56,775 nt of DNA from Spongospora subterranea f. sp. subterranea (Eukaryota). The stretch lies in assembly GCA_049724395.1 (NCBI GenBank), contig JAUGWO010000045.1, positions 248,001-304,775 on the forward strand, written 5' to 3'. Shown here in pieces: positions 1 to 15,301 of this stretch. The notes beneath the pieces are model-generated. The model saw only the letters and a list, made by a program, of their open reading frames with translations, did not search any database and was not told the DNA's origin. Made by a program: the position numbers and the translations under genes. Position 1 is the stretch's first letter. Each line of letters opens with the position of its first letter.

Positions 1-195
1 GTGAATATCTTTTGGGTCGTCTCTGTCTGGGGATTTGCCCTGTCTGGGCGATTCTGGGACCATGCAACGGGTCTGCCAAACCAGTCTGCCAAACCAACTA
101 CTTATTTGACATTTGGCACGCGCCGCCGTCCTAGTATCGAGGGCTGGTGATTGTCGGGTTGGTCACACCTCTGGACCGCTCATCGTTGGTACGCG

Positions 196-2613
196 ATGGT
201 CGTGAACGATCAACGGTATCCTGTATCGGGCCAGTCCATGGCCGTTCAATCCGGATATGATGTCAACGAAAGTCTGGTCTATACCCCAATTATGACGTCG
301 AATCCACTAGAGGTAGTTGGTACAGCAACTTCTGAATATCGAATAAATTCTGAGTAAATTGACGTAGTTTGACAAATTGGGATACAAGTGCCGTTTTGCG
401 TCCGATAATACGGTGGCGTTCATCGTTATCACTATGTACAATGAGGGCCCTGAAGAGCTGACCACAACCCTTCGGGGGGTGTGCGAGAACGTCAAGGCGT
501 TCGTCGACAGGGAGGACGACAAACAGTTCTGGAAAAGGATCGCCGTTTGCATCGTGTCCGATGGGCGAGGCAACGCGTCGCAGGAGACGCTGGATTGGGC
601 AACGGAACGGGGGCTGTTCAGCCAGGACGATGTCGACCGGCAGCTCAACAAGGACGCTGACGTGGGCGTCCATCTGTTCGAAAGCACCATCATGTGGACC
701 GAGGAAACCGAGGCGACCTCCAAGTACCCACCAATACAGATCATGATGGCGCTGAAAGAGCGGAATGGAGGGAAGATCGACAGTCATTACTGGTTCTTTT
801 CCGCATTCGCAGCGCAGATCAAGCCGGAATACTGCTTCCTTTTGGACGTGGGGACAAGGCCAATGCCCAAGGCTCTGTACTTCCTGTGGGAGACGATGTC
901 TCGCAACACCCAAATGTTGGTCAATCTCAATAACTTCGCTCCTGGACCCATTATGGCAATCTGACCCTTTGCCGATTCAGAGGTGGGTGCTGCGGTGAGA
1001 TCAGCACCATGTCCAAGTTCTCCTGTAATCTGATCCTATCCGGTCAGACGTTCGAGTACAAGGTCAGCAACTACCTCGACAAGGCCACCGAATCCGTGTG
1101 CGGGTACATCAGCGTCCTTCCTGGGGCGTTCTCGGCGTATCGATTCGCGGCGTTGACCGGATCCCCGCTCCAGAAATACTTCCACCACATTGCCACACCC
1201 ATGGATAAACTCACCCCGTTCGAGGCCAATCAATATCTCGCCGAGGATCGCATCCTCTGTTTCGAGATCTTGGCCAAAGCCGGCTGTGATTACACTCTTC
1301 ATTACGACAGGTAAGCGGGGGGGAAATCGCTTCGAATTGGGCCCGCGAATTCGACGAATCGCTAACCACGATCTCGTCCCTAGGCGAGCGGTGGCCAAGA
1401 CCGATGCCCCAACCGAATTGGTCGATCTGATCAAGCAACGCAGGAGATGGTTGAACGGGAGCTTATTGGCCACGTTCTATACTGTGATCAATACCGGCAG
1501 ATTTCTCAAGAACACGTCGCACACTCCAAAACGGAAATTTGTCATCACGATGCAGTTCCTTTACTATATCTTCCAGTTATTGGTGAGTTCCCGCTCGTCG
1601 TTGATCATGCTCAATCGCCATTGAATCGCTCCATGGCGTATCAGATGACCTGGTTTATTGTAGCGAACGTCTACTTGACGTTCTCGTTCTCACTGATTGT
1701 GATCCTGGGTCGGGATCACGTCCTCTTCGCGATTCTGCGATATATTTTCATCGGGCTCGTGATCACCCAGTTCGTTCTCGGCCTAGGTCAGCCTGAATAA
1801 CCGGGCTCCGATATGGGTTTTTCCTCATCTGTTGTTGCCGGAATCTTCAATGTCAGGCAATCGTCCAGGGTCGGTCAAGATGATGTACATGGGATGCGCC
1901 GTCCTGTGGTCGTTCATATTTCTGTTGACCACCGCCTTATCGATCTACACGCTGGCGATCGCACGCATCAACCCCTACCTACTGATCGTGGTTTTCATCC
2001 TCTCCATCGGCTCCATCTTCGTGGCGGCCATATTCCATCGGGAAATCGTGGTCGTTTCCTCGAACGCAGCGCAGTACTTTCTCGTAGCGCCCGTATTTCT
2101 CGTAATGTTCCCTGTCTACAGTATTTGTGAGTCACTTTTCATGTTGATTCGCCAGTCGGTGCTAAGTTATGTTCATGACAAGGCAATTTGCACGACATTA
2201 GCTGGGGCACAAAAGGAATTTCCGACGCCGCTGAAATAAAGCGGGATGATCGCGCGGACAAAAACGCTGATGTTGACGAACGAGTTCGGGCAAAATTACG
2301 TCGGATCGCTAAGATGAAAGCGGCCGAGAAAGTTCTGAGAGTGGCGCAACAGGAACGATTCGGAAGATTCAGAACTTATGTCCTCCTTCTGTGGATATTC
2401 TCGCAGGGTTTATATGTCAGCCTTGTGCTTTCTTATGAAATCGCCGCGGCGAATACCGAAGCAGTTGCCAAATATTTCTTGCAGATCATGTTTATTGTTG
2501 TTGCCACAACAAATTCTATTAGGTTTTGTGGGTCGGCAATATATTTAGCGATTCATAACATCACAAAGAAAAAGAAGGTACCGGCATATCCCGCAATCCA
2601 GAACAAGCAGTAG
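196..2613 (+). CDS. CHS: Chitin synthase (GT2, division-1 type), multi-exon
   Basis: Motifs across exons: ITMYNE, KIDSH, LLDVGT, GGCCGEI (joined by intron 916-980), FEYK, SVLPGAFSAYR, LAEDRIL, QRRRW, DISWGTKG. C-terminal TM helices. Introns are GT-AG, e.g. 313-367. Confidence 0.96.
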
Positions 2614-2726
2614 ATGATGCCTCTGTATAAAGTGCACGATTAAAGATAAATGGATCCTTAAAACATTCAATAAATGGTTTATAGCGTATAACTTGCCAGT
2701 CAACGATGCTGATGCTAGTCGAGCGA

Positions 2727-4525
2727 TCAAATAGCGCTCAACGCGTTACGAAGGTCGGCAACGATGTCGTCCACCGCTTCAATTCCAATAGAAAGCCTTA
2801 CCATCGAATCACTGATACCCAAAAGCACCTATTAACCAAAGATGAATGACACAAACAACCTTAGCTCTAGTAGTAAAACTGTACTCGTTGCTCAGGTGGC
2901 ACTGACGCATGGGTCATGATAGCGGGATGCTCGGCCAAGGATTCAACAGCACCTTGTTGCGGGGGACGGTCAGATATGTGAATAGCCGATAAAGATTATA
3001 CATGTTTTACCAAGACTCTCTGCACACCTGAATAGCTTCAGATTTTCTAAAAATACACGGGACTCTTTGATGCCGCCTTTGAGGTAAAATGTGATCATTC
3101 CACCGAACCCTCTCATCTGTTTTACACCAACCAAATGTTGTGGATGCGAGGGTAATCCCGGATAGGTGACCCTATTGTTTCGCTCAATAAAAATATGGAG
3201 CGTATTTTGAATACGGGCAGGTTACTTTTCAATTTTATCTTGCCCTTCGAGAAATGATGCAACGATCATTGCGTTCTGACTGTGTCGTTCCATCCGTAAA
3301 TGCAAGGTTTTGACTCCTCGAAGCGCCATATAGCAGTCGAAAGGGGACGGGACACCACCCATCGCTATAACATGGAATTTCAGCATGCTCACAAAACTCA
3401 CAAGATAAAACAGAGCGACAATTGTTAAGGAAAAACAGCTGATCAGCGATGTCTTTATCATTCGTGACAGCAACCTGAACAAAAAATGAGGACCGATAAG
3501 CCATGAGGCAAGCTGAACAACCCCCATGATGACATCAGAATGCCCATTGATGTATTTTGACACAGAATGTACCACAATATCGGCGCCGAGGTTGAGAGGT
3601 GATTGCAGAAAAGGAGACCTGTAAACCCTCAGTACTGATTTTCAAAGAATTTTCGGGATTCTGTACATGAATGTATTGTCAACCACAACCACAATTCCGG
3701 ATTCGTGGGCGACTTTGCAACATTGGGCAATGTCAATAATTTTGAGAGTAGGATTGGTAGGAGTTTCAAGCCATAACATCTACAACACCATGTGAATTAA
3801 CGAAAATATCTGTATGTGCCGATACCTTAGTCGTCGGCTTTATCGCATTTTTGAGTGCATTAATCTCAGTTAGGTCGACAAAATCAAACGTTAAGTCCAT
3901 GTGCAATTTGGCGACCTTGTTGAAAAACCGGTTTGTACCTAAAACCCTTTAGAAATAGAGTAATGTCGCATTAGACGTCGTAACCTCCATATACATCATC
4001 GACGGTAATCACATGGTCTCCATTTTTTAAAGTGTGCAAAATAGTCGATGTTGCCGCGCTTCCTGAAGCAAATGCAAATCCTGGAAACATACTTCTAATG
4101 AGGCGAAACTATACAGAGCGCTAGTATATCATCAAGTAAACCGACCATATTTGCCGTTTTCCAGTTTTGCGATACAGTCTTCGAAGGCTTTTCTAGTCGG
4201 ATTTCCTGTGCGGGAATATTCATATCCCTAAGATTATTAGTGCCCTTGTTGGTCTCGTGATTGGACGTATGATCTTACAGTATGACATCCTGGAGATTTC
4301 TACAATATTGCGTCAATATCACACTTAGTGTTTTTGGAAAATATTACCTGCGCGAAGGTTGATGCCAAGCTGATTGGAACAGTGACAGCTCCCGTGACGA
4401 CATCTGGCGCCTACTCGATCTATATATCAGTACATTTCCGCAATCAACACAACGATCTAATTTGACACCTGACGGCCATGGATACATAAAGACGACAAGG
4501 CGAGCTCGTCCTCGTGTTCATGCAT
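2727..4525 (-). CDS. CTH: Cystathionine gamma-lyase (PLP-dependent Cys/Met metabolism family), many short introns
   Basis: Exons give PISLASTFAQ, YEYSRTGNPTRKAFE, WLETPTNP, VVVDNTF, HSVSKYINGHSDV (PLP lysine), SPFDCY..LRGVKTLHLRM and MVRLSIGIE. Confidence 0.93.
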
Positions 4526-4934
4526 TGACGAGCTGATAAACAAGTGACGAAGAAGACCGGAGCGAAGGAGGTTATTTAAGTAAAGAATATGCGAAATTGG
4601 AGTGGTCGAATTTGGGTGTTACACTCACTTACAGTCTACGGTACTCAGTTACAACTGTACTGTAACGTAGCCCCCCGTACCACTCAGCTGGACGTTCACA
4701 TCTTCATGACATGACTGTTGCCCTCCGACCATGGGCTCTATTATTATAACGATACTTCGTGTACTAATACTAGCGCTGATTTTATAGAGAAGTAAACAAC
4801 GCTAAAGACGAGATAGATAAATACAAATGAAGTATGGACGAGGAAAGCCGAGAAGGGAAACGGCGACTCAATCGTTTGCTGAGCATTCGACGTCTGATGC
4901 GGATTTATACATGTAAACGGAAAGGTCTATGTTT

Positions 4935-6988
<2,054 letters not shown>

Positions 6989-7355
6989 TCACAAAAAATA
7001 AGATCTCTGCCTTCCACAAAAAATATCTGCAGAAGCGACCAACCACCCCAGTCCTCGAAATTGTGGTCTATGGAGGTGTGTCTCAGGGTGCGGTCCCGGC
7101 CTAAGTCCATTGGAACATGGCATCAGAGAGGGAGTCTTATTTCGCCACAACATTTTTCAAATTCAATGTTCTATGCGCGGCATGGCGCTATTTTTGACTC
7201 AGAACGCAACTGTTGGTTTGCCGCTGAGTTACTGAACACGTTGCAGTCATAGTGGTGCGCTACCAGCCTACCACGTCAGTGCAAGACGTACCTAGCCACC
7301 ATTACCCAAACATTGTGGTTTTCGTCTTCTTCGGGCTAGTTCCACCAATAAATCC

Positions 7356-8596
7356 ATGGCGCAAGCATCAGAGGACAAACCTTTAGCTAAAGCTATAACA
7401 TGCATGGCTTGGAATCACGACAGGACTCAAATTGCCGTTTGCCCCAACAGCAGCGATGTTCATATTTATGCTGTCTCCGGTCGGGATGCATCATCGTGGA
7501 CTTTGCTACATGTGTTGAAGGAGGTATGAACAGCACAGATGCCTATTTTTTTCTACTGACATTGTTGACAAAGCACGACTCGCTAGTGTCCGGGCTGGAT
7601 TGGTGTCCATCCACGAACTACATAGTCACTTGCGGTCACGACAGAAATTCATATGTTTGGAAGTTTACTGATGGAGTTTGGTCGCCAACATTGGTCATCC
7701 TTCGAATCAATAGAGCCGCAACTTCAGTGAAGTGGTCCCCTTCAGGGAAGAAGTTCGCTGTCACGAGTGGCGCCAAAGTGGTGCCTGTTTGTCATTACGA
7801 GCAAGGCAATGATTGGTGGGTCAGTAAGACTATCAAAAAGCATAAGTCGACAGTATTGGCTTTGGACTGGAATCGAAACAATAAGTTCATCGTAACCGGA
7901 AGCAGTGATTTCAAGTGCCGAATATTTTCTGCGTTCATCGAAGATGTCGATATTGATGATGATAACGAAGCATGGGCGGCCACTTTTCCTAATCAAACAC
8001 GTTTTGGGTCTCAACTTGCGGAATTCGATGCCCAGGGTTGGGTAGAAAGCGTTGCGTGGTCACCCGATGGATACCGTCTTGCGTTCGCTTCACATGACGC
8101 CAGTGTTCATTTTGTCCAGATTTTTGCCGGCGAAGCTCCTATTTGCAAGTCAATGCAAATTGCCTTCTTGCCATTTTGTGCAGTGACATTCCTTTCCAAT
8201 GATGCAGTAATCTTTGCTGGATATGACGCGCACCCGATACTCTTCATCAACAGGGGCGGCGAAGCTGATCCAGCTTTTGAGTTTCATGCCGTCCTTGATA
8301 AGATGGTTGGAACCCCAAGTTCAAAAGGCAAAGCCGCATCCAGCTTCTCCAATGCACGTAACCTGTTCGATGCTTCTTCACGAATGGGCATCAGTTTCGG
8401 GGCCGACTCTTCTGAGTCCGATGGAACACTGAAATCCCGTCATCAAAACTCAATCAATGGCTTGGCCACTTTCTGGGCCGACCACAACCAAAACTTCGCA
8501 GTAGAATTCAGTACGTGCGGTATCGATGGGCGTGTTTTGTATTGGGACATGAGAATGATGCCAGACGTTGACCTTATTGGTGCAGGTCTCGCATAA
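7356..8596 (+). CDS. ARPC1: Arp2/3 complex subunit 1 (p41-Arc)
   Basis: [18 protein letters not shown], intron near 7524-7573, then [49 protein letters not shown] and [12 protein letters not shown]. Confidence 0.95.
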
Positions 8597-8817
8597 TTTT
8601 TGTTAATATATATGTGTTGCCATTTTCCCTACCGCTAAGTTTTCCGACGTCTCAGAAGCAAACCTTGTCGTTCAAAAACATCATCAAACCAGCCATGTGA
8701 CAAGAGTGATTGACATTTCTTTTCTGGCCGGGCGGGCAGACGGGAAATTGCGGAGTCGGAGTTTTTAGGGGGTTTATCGGCGAGAAGTGATATGCGGTGG
8801 AGCGGAGCGGTGTCAAA

Positions 8818-9344
8818 ATGGCATCCAACCATGAGACCGATAAAGAACGACCTCCTGTGCTATCGTCTCGTGTCACTTCAATGAAATTCATGAGGAGAAA
8901 AGACGAATCGCTTTTGCGGAAGCGTCTTGCAAGCGATCAGTCGAAGGCGCTTCTGAAATCGCAATGGTATTATACAGATGTTTCCTTTTTTTTTGGGTTT
9001 TAAATTTTACAACGCTAAACAGGGTGTTATTACCGTCTTTGCTGGAATCCGATGAAGCGAAAGAAGTTACGATGGATGTACCTTTTGTCCCTTCGCGGCG
9101 TTCGTTTAATAATTTTAATCCTGCAGTTGAAGACGCCACCAGTTCCTGCAAAGCTGTCGTACAGCAACAATTATCAGCAAAAGCCGATATATCCGATAGA
9201 GAAATGGCATCGCGATTCCAGACTTTGATTGACGATCGAAGAGATCACTCCAACCTAGATAATATGCCAAAGAAGAAATCCAGAACTCACCAACATCCTC
9301 AAGATAACCAACGCGGAAACTTTATGAAGCCTAAACCTATTTAA
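8818..9344 (+). CDS. MPP6: M-phase phosphoprotein 6-like nuclear exosome cofactor, 2 exons
   Basis: LSSRVTSMKFMRR, RRSFNNFNPAVE, DISDREMA and FMKP match MPP6 family motifs. Confidence 0.8.
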
Positions 9345-9579
9345 TCTGTTTTCAATTTTATTCGGTGTAATATCTACTGGAAGGTGTAGTCTCTCCTCAA
9401 TCTGATATACCGTAATTGTGGGTATCTGGTACAATAATAGCGCCCTCACCCGTTATATCACATGTGAGGTTACCTGTCAGAACTTTACCTTTCTTGAGTC
9501 TTTCTTGCTTATTATGATATGTATATATGGGGTCATATGCCATAATTCACCGCCTGTTCCCGTCATTTGTATGATAGGG

Positions 9580-9810
9580 TTATCAGTTATAGCATGACCT
9601 CTCTCCAGTTGTTCATGATACTCTGTATGGGTCTCTTATCTGTCATAACATGACCTCTCTCAATTGTTCATGTTACTCTGTATCAGTCTCTTATCTGTCA
9701 TAACATGACCTCTCTCCACTGCTCATGTTACTCAGTATCAGTCTCTTATCTGTCATAACATGACCTCTCAACCCTGTTATGATACACTATATTTGTGATA
9801 ACACGACCCC
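9580..9810. repeat. Minisatellite, about 4 copies of a 55-bp unit
   Basis: Units start at 9580, 9636, 9691 and 9746. Approximate consensus TTATCTGTCATAACATGACCTCTCTCAATTGTTCATGTTACTCTGTATCAGTCTC. Confidence 0.9.
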
Positions 9811-9935
9811 TCTCTCTCTTTGGGGTTATCTGCTATATCATTCCCTTGGGGTTATTAGGCACTTGACCACCAATATGGTATGATTGGGGTCATAACTAAT
9901 AACAGCACTTCTCTCCCTTATTGACGGAGTGTTTA

Positions 9936-11003
9936 ATGGCGGCGTTAGTTATTATCAAGTCACTCGTGGTCTGGCTTTATCAGATCGTGGAGAGTTGTAG
10001 GCGTCGACCATCACTTCCAGTCATCACCGTTGAGGAGCTGTCCAAGTTCGTCGGGCCCGAGACCATCTACATATCAGTCAACGGTCGAGTGTTCGATGTG
10101 TCAAAACACGAATTATTATATGGATGGAATGGGCCATTGTCGACCATGGCCGGTCATGATATCTCATTAGCCATTGCTAGAAGAAGGTTGGACCCATCGT
10201 TGTTTAACAATTCCATCGCATCGATCTCCAGCTCGGAATTGGGCGATCTGGATCGGTTCGAGCAGCGGTTCGCGTTAGCCCACGATCATGTTGCTAATCT
10301 GATCCGGATGCCAACCCTTCATCATCCTCCATTACCTAATTCTTCATCATCCCCATTATCTCTTGCGGTTCCTGAATTATTCACCTCAGATGGTCTAACA
10401 GTTGCTTATCACATCGACGATAGACAGCTGGTCGCAGTCGGCGGAATCGTTTTTGACGTATCCTCTGATCCATCACGATTTGGCGGTAATGGACGCGACC
10501 ATGGTTTATTAGGACGCGAAGGGGGATTGGTATTGGCCAGAAATCGGCAGGACCCAGGAGTGATTGCGATCTCTCCCAGTTTCGAGGACATTGTGCACCT
10601 GGACATGATCATTGCTGAGTTCACCATTCGTTATCCGTGTGCTGGGGTTGTTATTGATGGAATCCATTCCAATTCCCTAACCGCATCATTTCCGTCACTG
10701 GAGGCGGTCTCCGATCTGCACAGAGCGATTGACATCGGGGACGACGATCTCGTTCAGAAGCTGATCGAACAAGGAGCCGATCCGAACCAGAGGTGTAGCC
10801 GGACCAATCTTTCTCCACTTCACAAGCTCGTTGAATCCGATCGCCCCTCCTTGATTTTTTTATTCCTTAAATCCGGTGCTGATCCGAGCGCGCTCGCTCC
10901 ATTATACGATAACGAGACCCCGCTCGAGATGGCTCAGAGATTCCAACATCAAGATTGTGTCGAAATCCTCCAAGAGGTTCTCCTCCCTGCTTTTGGTGCC
11001 TGA
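9936..11003 (+). CDS. Protein with N-terminal anchor, two cytochrome-b5-like (MAPR/PGRMC-type) domains and C-terminal ankyrin repeats
   Basis: IYISVNGRVFDVS..YG..GP...AGHDIS. Second copy LVAVGGIVFDVS. Ankyrin motifs LHRAI..GD..LVQKLIEQGADPN, SPLHKL, GADP and ETPLEMA. Confidence 0.8.
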   Translation: MAALVIIKSLVVWLYQIVESCRRRPSLPVITVEELSKFVGPETIYISVNGRVFDVSKHELLYGWNGPLSTMAGHDISLAIARRRLDPSLFNNSIASISSSELGDLDRFEQRFALAHDHVANLIRMPTLHHPPLPNSSSSPLSLAVPELFTSDGLTVAYHIDDRQLVAVGGIVFDVSSDPSRFGGNGRDHGLLGREGGLVLARNRQDPGVIAISPSFEDIVHLDMIIAEFTIRYPCAGVVIDGIHSNSLTASFPSLEAVSDLHRAIDIGDDDLVQKLIEQGADPNQRCSRTNLSPLHKLVESDRPSLIFLFLKSGADPSALAPLYDNETPLEMAQRFQHQDCVEILQEVLLPAFGA

Positions 11004-11313
11004 TGGTCGTTTTTGCATAAAAACCAGTTCGATATGAGGTACTGTTGGATCGATCCGATGTAGTCAAACCCATCATTCCCCTCATCTATTACTGTTTGTG
11101 GATCCAATCGCACCGTACATCGTGGGTCCACTTCTGGATTAAGGCCGAGCGCCATCGCATCAAGGAACAGGCTTAAGGTTTCCGTTTGGGTCCTGGCGGA
11201 ACCATCTCCATTCCAGATATACTCCCGCAAAAGGCGGATTGCTCTTTTAGTCTCTTTCACAATACGGTGTTTGGTGCAGTTGTTCACTTCAGCGAAGGTT
11301 CGTGTCGAGGTGC

Positions 11314-13298
11314 ATGTCGCAGATGAATTCACCTCGAAACCCTTCGACGTCATCGACGACGATGGACAACGTCTTGGTTGAGACCCTAAATATGGATGCG
11401 GAGCAGTTCGATCGGCCAAGTTTCGGTTTATCACAGGACGATAGTATTTTCGGTGACACCTTTGATGGATTAACGTCGGCGTCATTCCCAACTTTGTTTG
11501 ATCCTTTCTCGAACCCTTACCAGTTCTATCCGGCGCCGTCGCTCGTGCCTCATGATTTACCCCCTTTGAAACCCACTGGGAATCATTCCAATAAGCCCTC
11601 TGCGTTTTCAAAAAGTTTTATCAACTGTTGTCGAATCGTTATCTCTACCTGATATTGTTTTGTGCAGTTGAACTTGGCGAGCTCTATTGCTCTGGTATCA
11701 ATGTCTGGAGTAGCGACGCTTCTGAAGCTGGTGGCTATATCGTAAGATCTTCCACATTGTTCACCCAGCCGAAATTTACTGATTGCGCTCGTTTGTGCAG
11801 GAGGGCCATGATTTTAATGTTCTATCTGGTATCAAAGAGAGTCGTTTTTCGAGCGCGTGTTCAGCTCATGTCCTCACAGGTTGTGTGTTAACTTATCGTC
11901 ATCAAATTGTTTACGCGGACCAATAGATAAAAGGCGGAAGAATAATCTGGCATTGTGTCGTCCTGCCGCCGATCCCTCTGGCACCAATATTGTCCTGGTC
12001 GGCAGCGCTACTGCCAACGCCACCAAGCACGTGCTGATGGCGTTGGATACGACCCCATTATACAGAACGAGTAATCCCGATCCAGATCAGATCCTTCAAG
12101 GGATTACGACTACCCAAAATGTAATTTGACAACATTGTCGTCCCACGGCTATTGCACATTTTCATTGGTTTTTTATAGCACATACAAGAAATTCATTGGC
12201 TAAGCAACAATAGAGTATTCGTGGCTAATGGCACACAATCCACTCTCTATACCGTCGACGACCTGTACAATCTTCGCGAGAACTGTGAGATTCTGGCCCT
12301 TATTCGTCGTGTGTCGTTGGTAATTGTGCTCACAGGTCAATTAAAGTGGGCCCATACTGACGAAATTAGGGAGGTTTCCTTCAACCCGACCAATGATTCA
12401 GCGTTTGCAGCTGGCGGTAATCGAATATCGTCCGTTGGCGATTGTGCTGATTTTGTAATCAATTCTCCGATTAGGGTATGATCGGATCATTAGCATCAAC
12501 GACCTTTCCAGAAAATCGTGTGCCTTATCGGCAGTGCGATTAGATGATATCATTGGATCAGTTAGATGGGGAGCACGTCGGATGTGCTATTGTGTTTTAA
12601 CATCATCTGCTGATTGTCGTTCACTTTACCAGATAATTCCGCAATCACGTTGACCACCGACGATGGGCGATTGTTTCAATTCGACGTTCGCGCATCGCTA
12701 AGAAAAGCGTCGCTATTCATCGACTCACAAAAGTTGCAGCTATACTCCCATTGTGTATATGGGACACATTATATATTGCTAGGATTTGGCGATGGCGATA
12801 TCATGCAAGTCGATATTCGCAAGAGCCTATTGTCAGACATAGACATATCGGGGGTTTTCAGCCACATCTGACTCCCTCTATCGCCATAGTATCAATGGGA
12901 CCAAGGATCCATTCGTAAATTCTATTGGAGATATACTGTACGATCACCATCAGCATTTGTTCCTGTTGTCGGGGCTATCGGAGTATTCCCTGGTGACTAA
13001 TCGTCAACCTGTCAGCTCTAATGACCGTTTTGTTCAGCTTTTCGTTATGGTCCTATAAATCTGACCAGGACACAGCTCAAGCCTGGTAAATATCGCTAAA
13101 ATTCGCTCTTGTAAATGTTCTATGATTCAATTGTAATGGTCCAGGTCCCATTCTGTCAACACTTCTGGTGTTAATCACTATACTCATGCAATATTCGGTC
13201 AAGGTGACGCTAATATTATCAAATCAGACGAATTCGGGTTCATTGGTGTTTATCAACATAAGTTAAACCACAATAAAAACATATTAGATACGATATAA
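11314..13298 (+). CDS. WD40-repeat protein with low-complexity N-terminus, multi-exon
   Basis: Exons with WAHTDEIREVSFNP..FAAGG, TTDDGRLFQFDVR and GFGDGDIMQVDIR, separated by GT-AG introns. The start could instead be at about 11382. Confidence 0.65.
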
Positions 13299-13339
13299 TT
13301 CTCAGCGATGATTGTCTGTTTTATTCAGTAAATCTGAAA

Positions 13340-14612
13340 TTAGCTTCCTGACGACCCTTCGCCATCTAACCAGTCCAAATCAGATACCGAACCTAAATTG
13401 CTAACCCCTTTTTTTTCACCTTCTTACCACCGGCTGGAAAATCTCGTGCGACGATCTCAGGGTCCTTACAGATATGGAAATGATCAAACACGATATTGGA
13501 TTCCCTTGGTTTGAATCTCGCATTGGCGGCAGAATTGGCCATGAAGTTGGAGAAATATCCATGAGGTGTGGCCTCAATCTTTCCTTTACCCCATTGACGC
13601 ACATCAAGTCGGGGGCATGGGTGAATCTGCTCCGGTGCAGATTCGTTGGTTGTCGGGCCCCTCACCTTCTCGTTCAGCTCTTTCTCTTTTTGAATCTGTT
13701 TGCTATCATGTCAGCCCCCAACTGAGCCGAAAACCTCCATGTTTCCACCTCGATTAGATCGCGCTTTAGCGGGTCTAGAATCCCGTTCACGTGATATGCG
13801 GCGTCATATCGAAACCACACGAATGGGTCGTATTCGTCTTGGTGAACGATATCAAGAAATACTCCACCATTCGTCTTGCCGGCTTTTAGGTATTGATCAT
13901 GGAGCTGACGCCGTACGTGGACAACTTTCCTGAAATAATGGTCGTCGAGATCTGTCGTCGAACAATCAGACGACTGTATTGATTTGGCGCAAACAGCGGG
14001 ATACTTTTGTCTATTTGAGATTGAATAGCGTCGAATACCGTCTGATTCCATGCCTTACATAGCTGCTCCTTCCTTTCTTCTTCTTCCAACTCTTTCGCGT
14101 CCAGATACCTACAGGTCGTCATTAACTATGTCAGAGAATGACCATGCTCATTCCACCTTTCTATGTCCTCGATTGGTTTCGACCCTATATCGGCGTAATC
14201 CAACATGTCCTGGAACGATTTCTCCTTCAAAGCAGTCTTTCGAGCCATAATTTCTCTCGATTGTCTCTGAACAACAGGCAGCGGATCAATCTAACTCCAT
14301 AAACCCGTTTATTGTTATTACCACAATCTCGTCGTTGATCTTCCCCTGTTTCTGGAAGAATTTTTCGACTTGCCGGTTTCGTCCCTTCTGCTTTTCGTCA
14401 ATCGCCGGGATTTGAGCGAATTTCTTGGAACGGTTATGGGAAATACACCTAACCGCTGCCCTAGCCGTTTGAAGCGATGCATCGGCCGCTATTGTGTTCT
14501 GTTGTTCAAGGGAGTACACCAAAACCCGACCGGTATTGACCCTGCTGTGATGGGGAATCAGCCCAAGTCTCGTCCTGCGAACAGTGTCGGCATCGATTGT
14601 ATCGATTGACAT
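13340..14612 (-). CDS. FAM228-like protein, multi-exon
   Basis: RKEQLCKAWNQTVFDAIQ and RRQLHDQYL..GGVFLDIV..EYDPF resemble FAM228 conserved blocks. Ends are approximate. Confidence 0.55.
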
Positions 14613-15084
14613 TGCACCAATCGGTTGGGACTCCAATTTCTATAATTCCCTCATGAAAATATCTGAACCAGAATATCGATGATATCTGGCTCATCAACTC
14701 AATTTTGTCAACAGCCCTCAATGTTATGCCTCTATAAGACAGTCATTTTAATGTTGACAATAAAACGATACTGTATTGAAAACATGTCCAACATTGCCAT
14801 TTAGTCCTTGCCAACGGCAGTATCTCGTCAGTTCACAGCCTACCACCCCCCAATTCAACACAACAAATGCAGAAAACCCGCCGGATATTGTCTAATAGCG
14901 ATGAAATGACTCATGACCGGTCCAGGGAAATTTCAGGACGTTGGCGGTAACGAAGGATGTTTTGCCAGGGCAGTCGGTCATGCCATCCGTCACCAGTGCC
15001 GCTCTATGACCGGGGTAACGAAACGCAAAGCCAGACAGAGTTGGACAGTGGGGTTACAGTCACTGGTTGAAATGAGGTCACGGT

Positions 15085-15100
15085 AGAGAGAGAGAGAGAG
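15085..15100. repeat. (AG)8 microsatellite
   Basis: Directly visible in the sequence. Confidence 0.85.
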
Positions 15101-15301
15101 TTTACTACAGGACGAGACCAGAATAATATACCGACAGACAGTTCATCAGGGACGGTCAAATACTCAACCCCCTGAAATTCGATCAACCCGATTCTGTCAA
15201 CCGACGGCACATCGTCCGACCGGATTGACAACCGTATTTGCGGCTAGCTTTACGAACAGAGCATTGGACGCGTTCTGGCGGTCAACGGGGGTGGGGAGGC
15301 G

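Noticed and set aside
9580..9810. CRISPR-like array
   Set aside because: The units are contiguous tandem copies with no unique spacers, there are no cas genes, and the context is eukaryotic.
10949..11611. 220-aa ORF on the - strand
   Set aside because: It overlaps two better-supported + strand genes and has no recognisable domain.
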